Positions 37,201 through 49,553 of a DNA stretch of 64,000 bases are shown here, piece by piece. The translations under genes and the position numbers were made by a program. The notes beneath the pieces were generated by a model. That model did no database searches. It saw nothing but the letters and a program-made list of their open reading frames with translations, and was not told where the DNA came from. Each line of letters begins with the position of its first letter. The stretch's first letter is position 1. This DNA is from Chromera velia (taxonomy: Eukaryota). Location of the stretch: NCBI GenBank assembly GCA_018398765.1, contig JAHBMJ010000532.1:62001-126000 (forward strand), in the 5' to 3' direction.

Positions 37201-38691
37201 TGAAAGACGAAACACTGGCTCTGCAGTTGTTCCCCCATACATCCTGACAACTTTCCTTTAAGGTTCTCCTGACACTTCATTGTGTGTCCTCCACCTTCCC
37301 CCCTCCTGGACCTACCCACCTGCTGCTACTGCGCTCTCTGCAGCTGCCATGGACACTGTCGCTGCAACCTTCTTGGAAGAGGAGACGCGCACGCGACTGT
37401 TCGTTTCCACCTGCAGCACCAGGCAGAGAGGGGGCAAGAACGAGGCGAATGGGTACACAAAAAGTTCCTGTGAATGGCGATCAGAGTGTTCTTGCCTGGA
37501 ACAACTCATTGAAACTGTAGAAGCAGGGAGAAACCGATCGCTTGATGAGAAGAGAACGAGGACTGCATCCTCCTCTGCACACGCTCCCATTAAGCCTCCC
37601 TCGACTTTTCATCCCTATTTCTCCTTCATTCATTCTAGGGCTGCATCTCCACCTGACCCACTCGCTCCCCACCTGAGCGGCTGTCCCTGCGATCAGAGAG
37701 GCAGTCACAGGAGCGGCAGTCGCGACAACTCCGTGTGAGATGATGGCAGGTGCTGCGAGAGTGAGGCCCGCAAATGCCACGCAGGACCAGAAGAGAAAGG
37801 CCCTCTTCTCCAGGGTCTCCTGCTCTATCCGGGTAGTCTCTCTGATGCCCAGCATGGAGATGTCCTCCTCCACAGGGTTCAGCTCGGCTGCAGTCAGGGA
37901 AGGGCGCATTTGTCAGGCAACACTATTCGACTTCAGATAGAGTCTGTTTGCGTCCGTTTGTCCGCTTTGCATGCGAAGAAAAGAACTGAGGAAGTTGAAC
38001 AGATTGATGTAGGATGAATGCTTCTAGGAGAAGCCAACCGTTAAATCTTTCCTCGTGAATTCATAAGAAGTAGAGGGAGCCTGTTGAGCTACACACAGAG
38101 CAGTGTCTTCAATGGAGGGTCTTCGTCGATGAGCTGAAGTTCGGCTGACAGATGAGAGAGTGCAGGGACGGGGGAAGAAGGACAGTGACTGAGGGGAAGA
38201 GAAAAGAAATGCAGGAGGGGGGCGGATCGAGAAAGAGCTTCAGCTGGGTGAGGAAGGCATGAAGAGAAACTGCAGTGACTGTCCATCTGACGGGTCGACC
38301 TACCGACGGGATCCAATTCGCCCAGAGCCTCAGGCACCGACACCTCTACCACGCGTGTGTAGGCGGTCTGTGCCCACCGTCGTACCCTGGAACCCCATTT
38401 GGAGGTGGAGACTTTTTTGGGTGCTGCCTTTTTCTTCGGTTTGGACGGTTTTCGTGTATAGAAGTCCCCTCTGATGATGGGGACGTCAATGGCCCACAAG
38501 GGATCGTCCTCCCCGACCTGATCTGCTGCACGTCGAGTGGTCGGGCTCACTGGTGCAGACAGAGACGGCCTTGAGAACGAGCCCGTTCTCGCGATGAAAG
38601 CAGCCGTCTCCCTCTCCCCCCTCGCCTCCAAGGTTCTAAAGAGACTGAGGAGGCCGACAGAGAGGGAGAGGAGAATTCTACGTGGACGCAT
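33729..38691 (-). CDS. Ala-rich multi-pass membrane protein, probably plastid-targeted, function unknown
   Basis: N-terminus MRPRRILLSLSVGLLSLF...AAFIARTGSFSRPSLSAPVSPTTRR (signal plus transit-like); hydrophobic exons near 37910-37670, 37385-37315, 36200-36015 and 35508-35200; last exon 34049-33729. Confidence 0.65.
35504..35651. repeat. Tandem triplication including a splice acceptor
   Basis: GTTGGCCTGCAGACAAACAGAT at 35504, 35570 and 35625. Confidence 0.85.
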
Positions 38692-38939
38692 CGTGACTCT
38701 CGAGAGTGTCAATCACTGCAAGTCCATCAGGGCGTCTCCTTCATCGAACCTCAGACAGAGAATCTCCACACATGCGATCAATCAGACGCCACAGTAAGAT
38801 CGCCATACCTCAAGCGTGAGTGTCTCATCTCAACCCGATCTTTCCAGTGTGCCTCAATGTCAATCTTCGTTCGGCTTCTCTAGCTGTAATTCCCTCTTTC
38901 TTTTCAGCCTCTTCGTTGAGGACGAGACGGCGGAAGCCC

Positions 38940-39030
38940 GGGACCGAGTCGCGACGCCGCGCGCGTGCGCGGGCCGCGGCCGCGCGCATCCATGCAGCGG
39001 CCGGGACGGAGACGGCATGCATGCGCCCTC
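38940..39030. promoter_or_regulatory. Putative bidirectional promoter core between two plastid-targeted genes
   Basis: GCGCG-rich palindromic tract and GCATGCATGC between divergent ATGs at 38691 and 39337. Confidence 0.55.
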
Positions 39031-39336
39031 TTGGATCAGACTGAGCTATGAATTGAATCCAAGGTCTGATGTCAGGACAGACATGTTTCATCGGGACACA
39101 CTGGTGACTGCACGGGCCTCCATGACAGTGCCTGACTGTGCCTGAACTGATGCTGCCACTGCAAGTCATCACCCGCTCGCAAACGGCCGAAACATTCCAC
39201 ATCCACTGACCCACCAGCGTGAAGGACTCTTGGGTTTGCAGCACGAAGCTTTCAAGGAAGTATCAGTCTGCCCAAGTTTCAACCTGCCTGTACGTTTGTT
39301 CTCCGACTGATAGCAGCAGAATTCCCTCCTGGCAAG

Positions 39337-41080
39337 ATGCGGTCTTTCTTATTGACTGTAGCTCTCGCTCTTTTTGACCTTTGCGGTGCCTTTTTGGTTC
39401 CGGGAGATCTTCTCGGAAGGTCTCAGGCCTCGCAGGTGGGTGGCTTCACTCTTGGATCGGTCATCAACGAAGTCTTGAGTTGAGTGACTTATTGTGTGTA
39501 CCACTCCCTTCCTTCTGATACCTTTTTATTGCAGCGTGCGACCGCTAGTCCCCAGAGAAGCGGCATCTCGATGCACTACCTGACTTTCAAGACGAGAGAC
39601 GGGGAGGGAAAAGAGACGGCAAAGACTCCTTGCACTGCACTGGTCACAGGAGCGTCGAGAGGACTGGGAAAGTCCATTGCGCTGTGTCTGGCAAAGAATG
39701 GGGTGGATCATATTGTGTGTGTCAGTCGGTCTGCGTCAGGTAGTGCGGACGTGGTGAAAGAAATTGAGGCGTTGGGAATGAAAGCCTCGGCCTACGGGTG
39801 TGATGTGGCAGACGGCGCGGCTGTGTCGGAGGTGTGCAAGGAGGTGTTGGCAGAGGTAGGGAATGTGGACATTTTGGTGAACAATGCGGGTATCACGAAG
39901 GATACTCTGTTTCTGAGAATGAAGGAGGAGGATTGGGATTCTGTCTTGAGAACCAATTTGGATTCGGTGTATCATTTTTCCCGTGCTCTGTATCCTTCCA
40001 TGATCAAGAAGAGGTGGGGAAGAATCATCAATATCTCCTCAGTCGTGGGGGTTGGAGGAAATCCTGGACAAGTGAATTACGCTGCTGCAAAGGCCGGCAT
40101 GATCGGCTTCACAAAGGCCCTCTCGAAGGAATGCGGAAAGAGGGGAATCACAGTGAACGCGGTGGCTCCTGGGTTCATTGAGAGCGACATGACTGCGGTG
40201 CTGTCAGACGACATTCAGGTCGGTCGGTCGGGTCATTTTTGCACTTGTTCTTCTTTCTGCTTTCCTGGTGGATCAGCCACATGCGGAATGGTGTCGTTTC
40301 GTTTCCTTTTTTTTTCGAACTATCTGTTTGGACGGCGCTGAGATTGATGGTTCAAGAGAATGGACACTCGCTCCTTGTCTTCTCGTTGGCTACTGGGTGA
40401 GCTTCTAGAGGAGAAAGAAGAAAGAATATTTTTTTGAAATGGCGTAGTTGGCAATAATAAGTCTCTTTGAAGGTTGTTGATCTCCGGTGGCGTTTCTTTT
40501 GGAAGGAGACTGACTGTTGCTCACGAAAGCAAGGAGGTATCCATCCTTCAGAAGGTGGAAGACAGGGAGGCAAAAGGATCAATTCTCGAAGCCCGCCCTT
40601 TTCCTCTCACTTCCCTGTACTTGAATTTGCTTAACTGCAGGCTGCCACAAAGGCCCAAATTCCGATGGGAAGATATGGGTCTCCCGATGAGGTAGGTCTG
40701 TATGTCTGTCTGTCTGTCCACTGGCTCGCTGCCTTTTCTTTGGTTGGAGCATCGGAGTGTAGGCAGGCCTCCTGAGTTTCGTCTGCCTCTCGTTTCTTTT
40801 CCCTCGTTTTCTTGTACTGCTTCTCGTGGCCCTGCTCTCCTTTCTGTCCCTTTCCACTGTTGGGTACGAAAGACGCAGATGCAAGTTTGAACGCTGATAT
40901 CCCCCCCCCCCCCCCCNACACACACACACACAAACACACGCGTACACGCTCTCCCGCCGTGTCTCTTTTTCTGTTCCTTCCCCTCAGGTTGCTGACCTGG
41001 TTGCCTTCCTGGCTTCCGATCAGTCACGGTACATTACTGGCAAGGTGGTGCCTGTAGATGGGGGCATCATCTTTGGATGA
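39337..41080 (+). CDS. fabG: Plastid 3-oxoacyl-[ACP] reductase (FAS II, SDR family), 4 exons: 39337-39435, 39535-40218, 40641-40691, 40988-41080
   Basis: TGASRGLG, LVNNAGITKD, NISSVVG, YAAAK, VAPGFIESDMT, IPMGRYGSPDEVA and YITGKVVPVDGG motifs; bipartite presequence MRSFLLTVALALFDLCGA-FLVP. Confidence 0.95.
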
Positions 41081-41894
41081 TCATGACTTGGGAGGGAGGG
41101 AGTTGGTTCGTTGGGGCCGGGGAGCTCCTTTCACGGATAATAATAGAATTTGGATGGATGGACGGACGGACTGAGAGAAGCGGGTCTCCCTGCTGTTTTG
41201 GTTTGTTTTGTTTTGGTTGATTTCTTCATTCAAACACTTCACTGAGAGGATGAGCGGGGCAGAAGAGAGAAAGGAAAGGGGCGGGAAGGGAAGGGAATGA
41301 AGACGAAGGAAGGAATCATCGGTGAGGCATGCATGCAGAATCGGAATTCAAGAAGATTCTATTCATTCAAATCTGTACGCGAGCATTCATGGGAGCAGTG
41401 GAAGGAAAGCAAGTGCATGTTTGGGTCTTCGCAAAAGTGAGTATGTGGACTTTTTCGTTTTGTTTGATTAGCTCGGAATGATCGAGTGGGCATGCTCTGG
41501 CTGAAGCTGACTGTCTGCTCTATTGATCCCCTTCACCAAGCTGACTGACTGTATGTGAATTGAAGGAAATGATTATTTTGGAATGGAGATGAGTACGCAT
41601 GCATCTTTTTGTCTTTCTCATCTTCGGCCTGTTTGGTTGGACGTTTCGGTTGGTCGCAGTGGAAGAAAACCGAGCTAGCTTCAAAATTTTGTTTCTCTCC
41701 TTTCGATGAGGTCATCGGTCGCCGGATAAGTTAGTTGTCGGTCTGTCAGGACATATACACAAACGAGATTGTACAGGACAGGAAAACGTGGATGGCAAAG
41801 AGCAGTCTAGAACGAACTCGGTGTGCGTAAGGGTGAGTTGTCCTGCGTCCTTGTATGCCTCTGTGTTGGACTGCCTGGAAATAATCTACACCTT

Positions 41895-42049
41895 GATTTC
41901 TTTCTGTGTCTCTTTCTTGTGCTTGATTTCGTTTCTTCCCTTTTTCCTTCCCTCACTCCCTCACTCTCTCCCTTCCCTTTTCTCCTCTCGTTTCTTTGTT
42001 TCTTTTTGCTTTCTCTACTTCTCTTGTTTTTGCCTTCGTTGCTTCGTAA

Positions 42050-42101
<52 letters not shown>

Positions 42102-42127
42102 ACACACACACACACTCTCACTCTCTT

Positions 42128-42158
<31 letters not shown>

Positions 42159-42326
42159 TCTTTCTTCTCTTTCTTTCTTTGTTTCTTTTCTTTCTTTCTT
42201 CTCTTTCTTTCTTTCTTTCTTTCTTTCCTTCCTTCCTTTCTTTCTTTCTTTCTTTTTTTCTTTCTTTCTTCTCTTGCTTTTCTACCTTCCTTCCTTCCTT
42301 CCTTCCTTCCTTCCTTGCTTCTTTTC
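41895..42326. repeat. Long pyrimidine-rich compound microsatellite (TTTC, TTCC, CT, CA)
   Basis: Directly visible. Confidence 0.9.
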
Positions 42327-42822
42327 TAGTGGTAGTCTCTCTTAACCAGGCTGAGACAGCCTGAGTGTACTGAATCAGTGTATGACAATATATTATAAAA
42401 AACTTAGCATTCAACTTACATGTAAAATTCAATGCATCATTAAAGATATGATCTTTCTGCTAGCCTCTCTCATAATTATTTTTACGGTCAAATTTTACTT
42501 TACTTGTTAGGATTAGGATGTTAAATGTGCTTCAACTTCGGATATACATCTAGATATACATAAAATTAAACATCATGCTAGACATCATGTAATGATGATG
42601 ATGATGATTGAGGGTTAAATCCTAGATTTAGCGACGCCAAATCCCAAGCCACTAGCAAGGCTTTGAGGACAACCCAGACCACACATTCATGGGGGGGGTC
42701 CCGGGGGGATGAAGAAGCCTGCATGCTAATCGGATCGATTCGCCTCAACTTGCCTTATCGACAGAATGGACCTTCTTGAGACAGTCGGCTATAGCTTTGG
42801 AACCGCTTCTAGGCAGAATTGT

Positions 42823-45800
42823 TCACAACAGTAACACCATATCCTTCATTTGTTTCTTATTATCAGAAGTGCCCCTCCTGGTTGCACCTGTAACGCGTTG
42901 TGCGATCTGTATTCTTATGTCAATGAGTGCTTTCTGCTTTGCAATTTCGTTCAGTTCTTTCAGCCTGTTCCATTCCCTTTCTATGTCCTTACATTCCGTC
43001 AGAACATGAACCTCATCTTTGATCACACGCGAGGGGGACAAACATTTATCGCACAGCCGTTCCGGTTGGGTTCTATCTATATCCCCCCCTGTGAGAGCCC
43101 TGAAAAGCGTATGGAAGCCTGCGGAGGACTGCAACAGACTCTTTGGCAGAGGTTCAACACTGTACTCTATCATTTCACTTCTCGGACGCCATTTCCTTTC
43201 ACTCAGAAGGTGCATGGCCAAACGCTGTCTGGACGGATTCTCTGATTGGAAAGGGGAGAGGTTCGCAAGGTGGGAAAAAATTCCGTCTCTGTCTCTAACG
43301 TTTCTAGTTTCTTCTTTCAACCAGTCGGACAGCCAGGCACCCTCTACAATCTTTTTTGCCGCCCTTTTCCTTCTGCCCTTGCCCTTCCCTTTAAACTTGT
43401 CCCCCACCGTGCTTGGCAATGGAGGCCACAAAAGGGAGCAATCTAATGGAACGGCCAGCCATTTTACTGTCTTAACGAAGGGTTCACATGAGCCAGCCAA
43501 GCACTCATTCCACACTGCCCAGGGTAGAGCACGGTCGATCGATTTGATGCATTGGATGAAGCCTCCACTCAACTTACCAAGTAGAGAACTGAATGGCTCG
43601 AGAGAGAGAGAGAAGGGAAGGCGAAACAAAGGAGTGATAGGAGAGACCAAAACAACATCGAACAAAACGTAACTGTAATGCATCGAGGCAGGCAACATCT
43701 GTCTTTCTCAGCGGGATCGTTTCCAGTCCATACAGCGCGACTGGCAGCCAGAGGGCCTTGAACAAAGTAATTTTAGAAAAGGGAGAAACAAGGCCCAGAG
43801 AAGAGAGAGTACTAAACACCGCCCCCAAAGCCTTCTCTGCCGCCTCAATGCGGGCTTCGACTGTCCGGCTAAGGTCCCCGCCCTCAAAAACCCAGTTGCC
43901 CAAATACTTATATTTACTCACCGCTTCCACTGGTCTGCCTTTATAAAGAAAAGGGGTTCGGGGCATTAGGTCGGGGTGGGGGGAGGAGAGACGCATAACT
44001 TTTGTTTTCTTTAAATTTACCTTCAGGCCGTGCTCCTTACAATAGTCCTCGAGGCGAGACAGGCGTTTCTGCAAGTCAGAAGCACTGTGAGCAAACAGAA
44101 CAAGGTCGTCAGCGTATCCAATGCTTTCGATTAAAACGTCAAACAGTCTGACAGGAGTCTCTCTATCAGTACCGCCAGCCGAGCTTTGATTCTTGTTTTC
44201 ATTATCGGAGCTGACAGACTTATACAGATTGTTGATGAAAAGAAGAAAGAGGAGAGGAGAGAGAGGATCGCCTTGTTTTACTCCTCCGCCTTCTGGAAAG
44301 CATTCTGTTGCCCCATCCACCCAAGCCTTCACCTGACTATATATCGAATGAATCATCCAAACATCGGCTTGACTTACTCCTTCCTCCCTGAGCCTCTCTA
44401 ACATTTTAACCCGAGGAACTGTATCAAACGCCTTACTGAAATCAACAAACGCGGCAATCAGAGGGCTCTTCTTCTTTTTAGAGCTGAGAATTAACGAAGA
44501 CAGAGCAGCGAAGGCCTCCCTTATCCCTACCCCTGTCGTCAATTTTCACCTCTTTCCTGATCTTTGAGTCCATCAATAAAGCAAAAATCTTACCTAAAAG
44601 CCCTACAATATAGATCGGGCGCCATTCGTTACAGTCGAGACTCGGCGGTCCCTTGGGGACGGGAGCAATGCGTAATACATTCCAGCGTTCAGGCCAAAAA
44701 GAAAAAAGGTAAAACAAATTGAAAAAGACAAAGAGCAGCAAGCGGGAGAGAGGAGAAAAACCAAAACATAACGAGAGGTGACAGGGGCCAACCCCATCTA
44801 AACCTAGCGCCTTCTTTGGGTCAATTCCTTTCAGTGTTTCCTCGATTATGTGTATAGAGAAAGTGGATGAGAAGGAGGGGGGAAGGCCAGACCAACAGGT
44901 GTAGGCGGAAGACCAGGACCGTCGAAGACCCCTGCCCAGAACTGAGTGAAAGAAGATGCAGCGGGTTTATTATCCCCTCCCCTCTGTGTTTTGATTTTCC
45001 TGTTCCATTGCCAAACTTTCGAGGGGTCAACTGCTGCTTCTCTAGCTAGCCTCTCTGCTGTCTGTTGCTTGAGCTTACTCCTTTTTGCTGCAAACAGTCG
45101 TGCTTTTTCCCTTCTCAGTTTGACATATTCTTTTTGCAGAGGGTGAGAAGGGTTTGGAACATGTCTTGCCTTTTCCTCTGCCTCCTTCACCTTCAAATGA
45201 ATCAGGCGGCATTGAAGGTCCCACCAAGCCTGACGGGTGCTCTGCTTTCTCCCAGACTGTCTTCTTTTCTTGGATGCCTTTCCCCCGTCTACTACTGCAC
45301 CCACTTTACTGTCTGCCAGCCTTTCTTCCCAGGAAAGACCCAACTGTTCCAATTGGTCAAGATAAGAAGCCTTGCTGAGAGAGTTGGGGAGGGGAGCATT
45401 CTGAGGGGGAGGTGGTTGTGGAGGAAGGGGTGGTGGGTCAGGGGGAGGTGGGATATTAAGGGGAATAACTTGACCTCCTTCATGCAGTTCGTTTACCCCT
45501 CTGTCAAACAGGCCAGGAAAAACCGTCTCAGAAAACGGCAGGACCGCTCTGGCGAGAGGAATCATTTTATCATCAGTCACCGGGGAAGTTCTATTAACAG
45601 TGAGGAGAGGGGGGAGAAAAGAGAAATTCTTTTTGCCCGTGGGGGCATGCGGAGGATCAGAAGATATAGGGGGAGGAGATGAATCAAGAAAAAAAGAAAG
45701 AGAAACAACAACATGTTGAGGGGCAAAGTCAGCTTCCAGGTTTGAAGTGGTAGAGGACCAGGCTGTCAAAAGAAAAGGACCTACAAAAAAGTGATCAATC

Positions 45801-46861
45801 GCTGTTGTTTCTTCTCCTGCTTTAAAAAAGGTGCATGGGCCCGGAAAGGAGACATCAACACCAGCCTCTCACATTTCAAGGATAGGCCGTGGAGAGGAAT
45901 TAAGTTAGAGCGTTCACAAAGACGGATCAGCCAATTTCCTTGCTTGTCAGGTTGACTGCCATGGCTGCAGGCTGAGAATCGAGAGGGCTTGCAAGCATCA
46001 ACTTCGTTCTCTTTTCTGCTTTCATCACTGGGACATAACATTCTTTCCCAAGTCAGCCCTTCCGGCACCCGAGTCCCCAGCTTGCCGTTCATGTCCCCAA
46101 CCAGGATACGCAAATCCTCGAGAGGTACCTGACATAGTGCATCGATCACACCCTCTCTCTCTCTGTCTCTTTGCTCCCTGTCTCTCTGTCTCAGGTCAGA
46201 CCCTCTAGGTAGAAAGTACACACCAAAGACATGGAGGACTCTCGTGGCTGACCCCCCCCCTTCTGAGGGAGAAGGCACATTCACTGACAGACGGACCACA
46301 TTTTGACCTACCAGCTCCCACCTTGGCTGCAGTTCATGAACTAAAGAATTCCTGACTAGGATGCATACACCTCCTGTCCTTGCTTCCCCGATGGTTGCGG
46401 CTTTCCTTCTCGACCCTTCCACTTTGATTTTCCTTCTCAACCACTCAAAGTGATCGAAATTATGCCCTGTGTGAGTGGATGTTCTTACGGGCATGGAAGG
46501 GCACTTCGTTTCCGTCAACACCACAATGTCTGCCTGGCAAGCGGCCAGCCACTGCTCGAGAGCCTTGCTTTGTATGCGTGACCCCAGCCCCCCCACATTT
46601 ACCGTTTTTATTGTGAGTTTCCTTCTTCCTGAAGCCATGAGACCAGACCTTACATCGTAAGAAGGAGAGAAAACATTGTGGGAGGATGAGGATGCAGAAG
46701 AAAAGAGAAGGGAGGGGGGGGACGGCTGAAAGACCCATTGAGGGATTGAAGAGGTTGCGGAGGGGCGCGCCGGTGGGGCAGAAGCAGAAGCATATGCAGA
46801 AGCCGAAGCAAAAGAGGAAGAAGAAAAAGAAACAGAAGCAGAAGAAGCAGAAGAACAAGAA

Positions 46862-46896
<35 letters not shown>

Positions 46897-48666
46897 AGAA
46901 GAAGAAAAAGAAGAAGAAGAAGAAGAAGAAGAAGAGGAGGAGGATGAAAAAGAAGGAGAAGAAGAGGAGGAGGAGGAGGAGGAGGACGACGACACTGCAA
47001 CCGGAGGGGGGGGAAGGTTGGAAGGAGAACCTGCATGACGCTTTTGTCGGTCTGAAGCTTCACACTTTCTGAGTCTGCATGCTTCCCTGCAACCGGCCCA
47101 GAAGGCACACACCAGACGCTTCTCGTCTTTCTTTAGTTGATCTGCGCTTATCCATGCGAAGTCGGAAGCACCCCTCCTCCAAAAATCATATTCTCTTCTC
47201 TTTCCCTTTCTGCCCCTCACTGCACGAATTCTTGCAGCAGAGTGTGAGCCTCCATGTATGAGGGCTCGGTCCTCCTCATCCCTGTCATCAGAAGATCTAG
47301 AAGAAGAGAAGGAAGAATCAGAGACAGAAGAAGAGGAAGAGGGGGAAGGCGAGGACAGAAAATCACGCTCATGTCTCCTCCTACGGCGTTCTCTTTCTTG
47401 TTGTCTGTCCTCATGCAGCTTTCATCGAGGGGCGGATATGAAATTCTTTCCATTTAGGGGGTTATTGCAGCACCCTTTTTCAAGACAGTTGCAATCGACG
47501 CAGGGTCTAGCTGGGAGAAATTCCAACCCTCTAGCGCATGAGCATCTGGATGACAGACGACATCCGCCTGCTGAAGCCTTGCAGTTACAACATCTCCCTT
47601 TATGGTTTCCCCCCCGTCTGTTATGGCCCTGCTTGTCGGGCTTTTCCCTGCCATTCTCTCTCTTTTCATTTCTCTCCTTTGCATCATATCTTTCCCTCTC
47701 TTTACTTTTCTCTCCGTCCCCCAATTTGCTACCTGAGGCTTGTCTGTACGACTGCTGCTCCCCCTGTCCACATTCTCTGTGCGGGGGGGGTAGGAAAGAA
47801 AAAGCAGAACGAGAACGGATGGGTGGAGGGAGAGGGAGAGAGGAAGCTGAGGAGAAGAAAGAAGCACCATGAGGAACACCGTAACTCGGTCCGCAGGCCG
47901 CTTGAACAACAGGCAGAGAGGACAGAGAGGAGCAAAAAGGAGGGGGTGCTACTGGAGGTGGAGTGAGGGGAAAAGGAAGTGAGACAGGTGGAGAAGGAGC
48001 AGGAACAGCAAAGTGAGGAGGAGGAGGAGGAGGTTCAGGAGGGGGACGAGGAGCCTCCGGGGAAGGAGGCAGAGGGGGAGGTGGCGGGGGGGGAAGAAAA
48101 TGAGATGGGGAAGGGGAAAGCAATGGAGGCGAGCAGAGGGTTGGGGCGGAGGGTTGAACAGAACCATGACAAGAATCCATGGATACAAAAGAAGGGGGGA
48201 GGATAACAGATGAGGACCGACCAAAAACAAACTGAGAGGCAACAGGGAGAGAGAGGCATGGAGGAAAACATGTATATGGAAAAGATGCATCATACAGTAA
48301 ACACGTACGGTTAATTCGTTGCTGCCTATCTAGATTCTTCCTTGTCCGTGCCCTTCTTCTGCTCTTATTAGACCTTCTTCTCATCTTTTCCCTCTGTGTC
48401 TGCCTCTTCTTCCGTGAAGTTTCCCCTCGAGAGTGAGGGAAGAAGGAAACACACTGAGAGGGCCGTCTGCCTAATGTATCTGTACAAAGCTTTTCTGCGA
48501 ACTCATCTGTTTCTGCCTGAAGTGCGCTCCATCTGTTGGTGCTCATCGTCTGTCTAACTGCATGCCTTTCTGCCTTCCAAGAACGAACCCTCCCCTTTCC
48601 TTTCTGCACAGTTTTCCATACCTCCGGCTCAGGAATTCCAGCAAAGGCCTGGTCAGCACAAGGCAA
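42823..48666 (-). pseudogene. LINE ORF2 (Pro-rich / CXC / chromo-like / poly-Ser / APE endonuclease / reverse transcriptase / CCHC), broken by one stop and several frameshifts
   Basis: APE: TVNVGGL, DIVVLTET, GGVCILV, GVYF, LVGDMNG, AIDHFFV. RT: WRPI, FVDFSKAFDTV, GVKQGDPLSPLLF, YADD, KYLG. Finger: RLCDKC...DEVHVLTEC. Frameshifts near 45860, 44850, 44745, 44535 and 43700. Confidence 0.92.
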
Positions 48667-49553
48667 CCCGTCCTATCTGGGGCAAAATCCAGGAGGGGGG
48701 GGCATCGAGCAAAGGGGGGGGAAATCCATATCCGCTCGAGGGTCATTTTCGGCATGTTCTTCTTTCCCTGCACAGAGAGGGAAGGAGAGAGAGCGGGCCG
48801 GAATGAGTTCATATAAGAGAGCGGGCTGCCTCTCTACCTTTCTATCCAACCTTCTTCTCAGCGATAAAATTGACTCCGTCTGTGTATCTCAGACTGGCTG
48901 ACTAAGTCTTCTTTTTGTGAGGGGTGTGAGGGCGGAGGAGAGATCATTTCCTTTCTGTCGATTCATTTCTCTGCATGCCAAAAAGTGTCCTTGCATCAGG
49001 CTATCTATTCCGCCACCTACTTGGCTGTCTGTGTCTGTTTCCCTTTCTGTCTGACTGACAGTGTCGGAAACGGTTGACAAAAGCACAGGAGAATCGACCC
49101 ACCGGGCCCGCTCCTCCCCAATCTCTGGTTGATGTGCGCGACATAGTTGGCAAGGAGGAGCTTTGCCCTCTCTTGGTTTCCGGTCCCGAGCCAGTTACAA
49201 CTTGTTCAAATCGAGGGGACCGGGTTTGGAGGGGGGCTGCTGGGGAGGCAAAGCCGAGGCAGGCAGGCAGACAGGCAACACGCTTCTCTCATGGAGGGGG
49301 TGGCCTCTCGCGTCATCGGCAGGCTATAGAGATGGGCAGAGGGACTGGGGTAACGAGTCGTCGGCAGGCTGGAGGGATGGGCAGAGGGACAGGGGTAATG
49401 AGTCGTCGGCAGGAGCTAGAGCAGGAGGGAGAAATTAGTTTGGGTGAGGTAGGGGCTCTTTGATTGGCAGGAGCCCCCGAGACTGCCGCATTGCAGGATG
49501 AGATGATCTGCAGAGAGAAAAGGTCCTGCCGCCTTTCCTCCCCTGAGGGTAGT

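Noticed and set aside
41788..42432. Hydrophobic or Lys/Glu-rich ORFs
   Set aside because: Translation of microsatellites.
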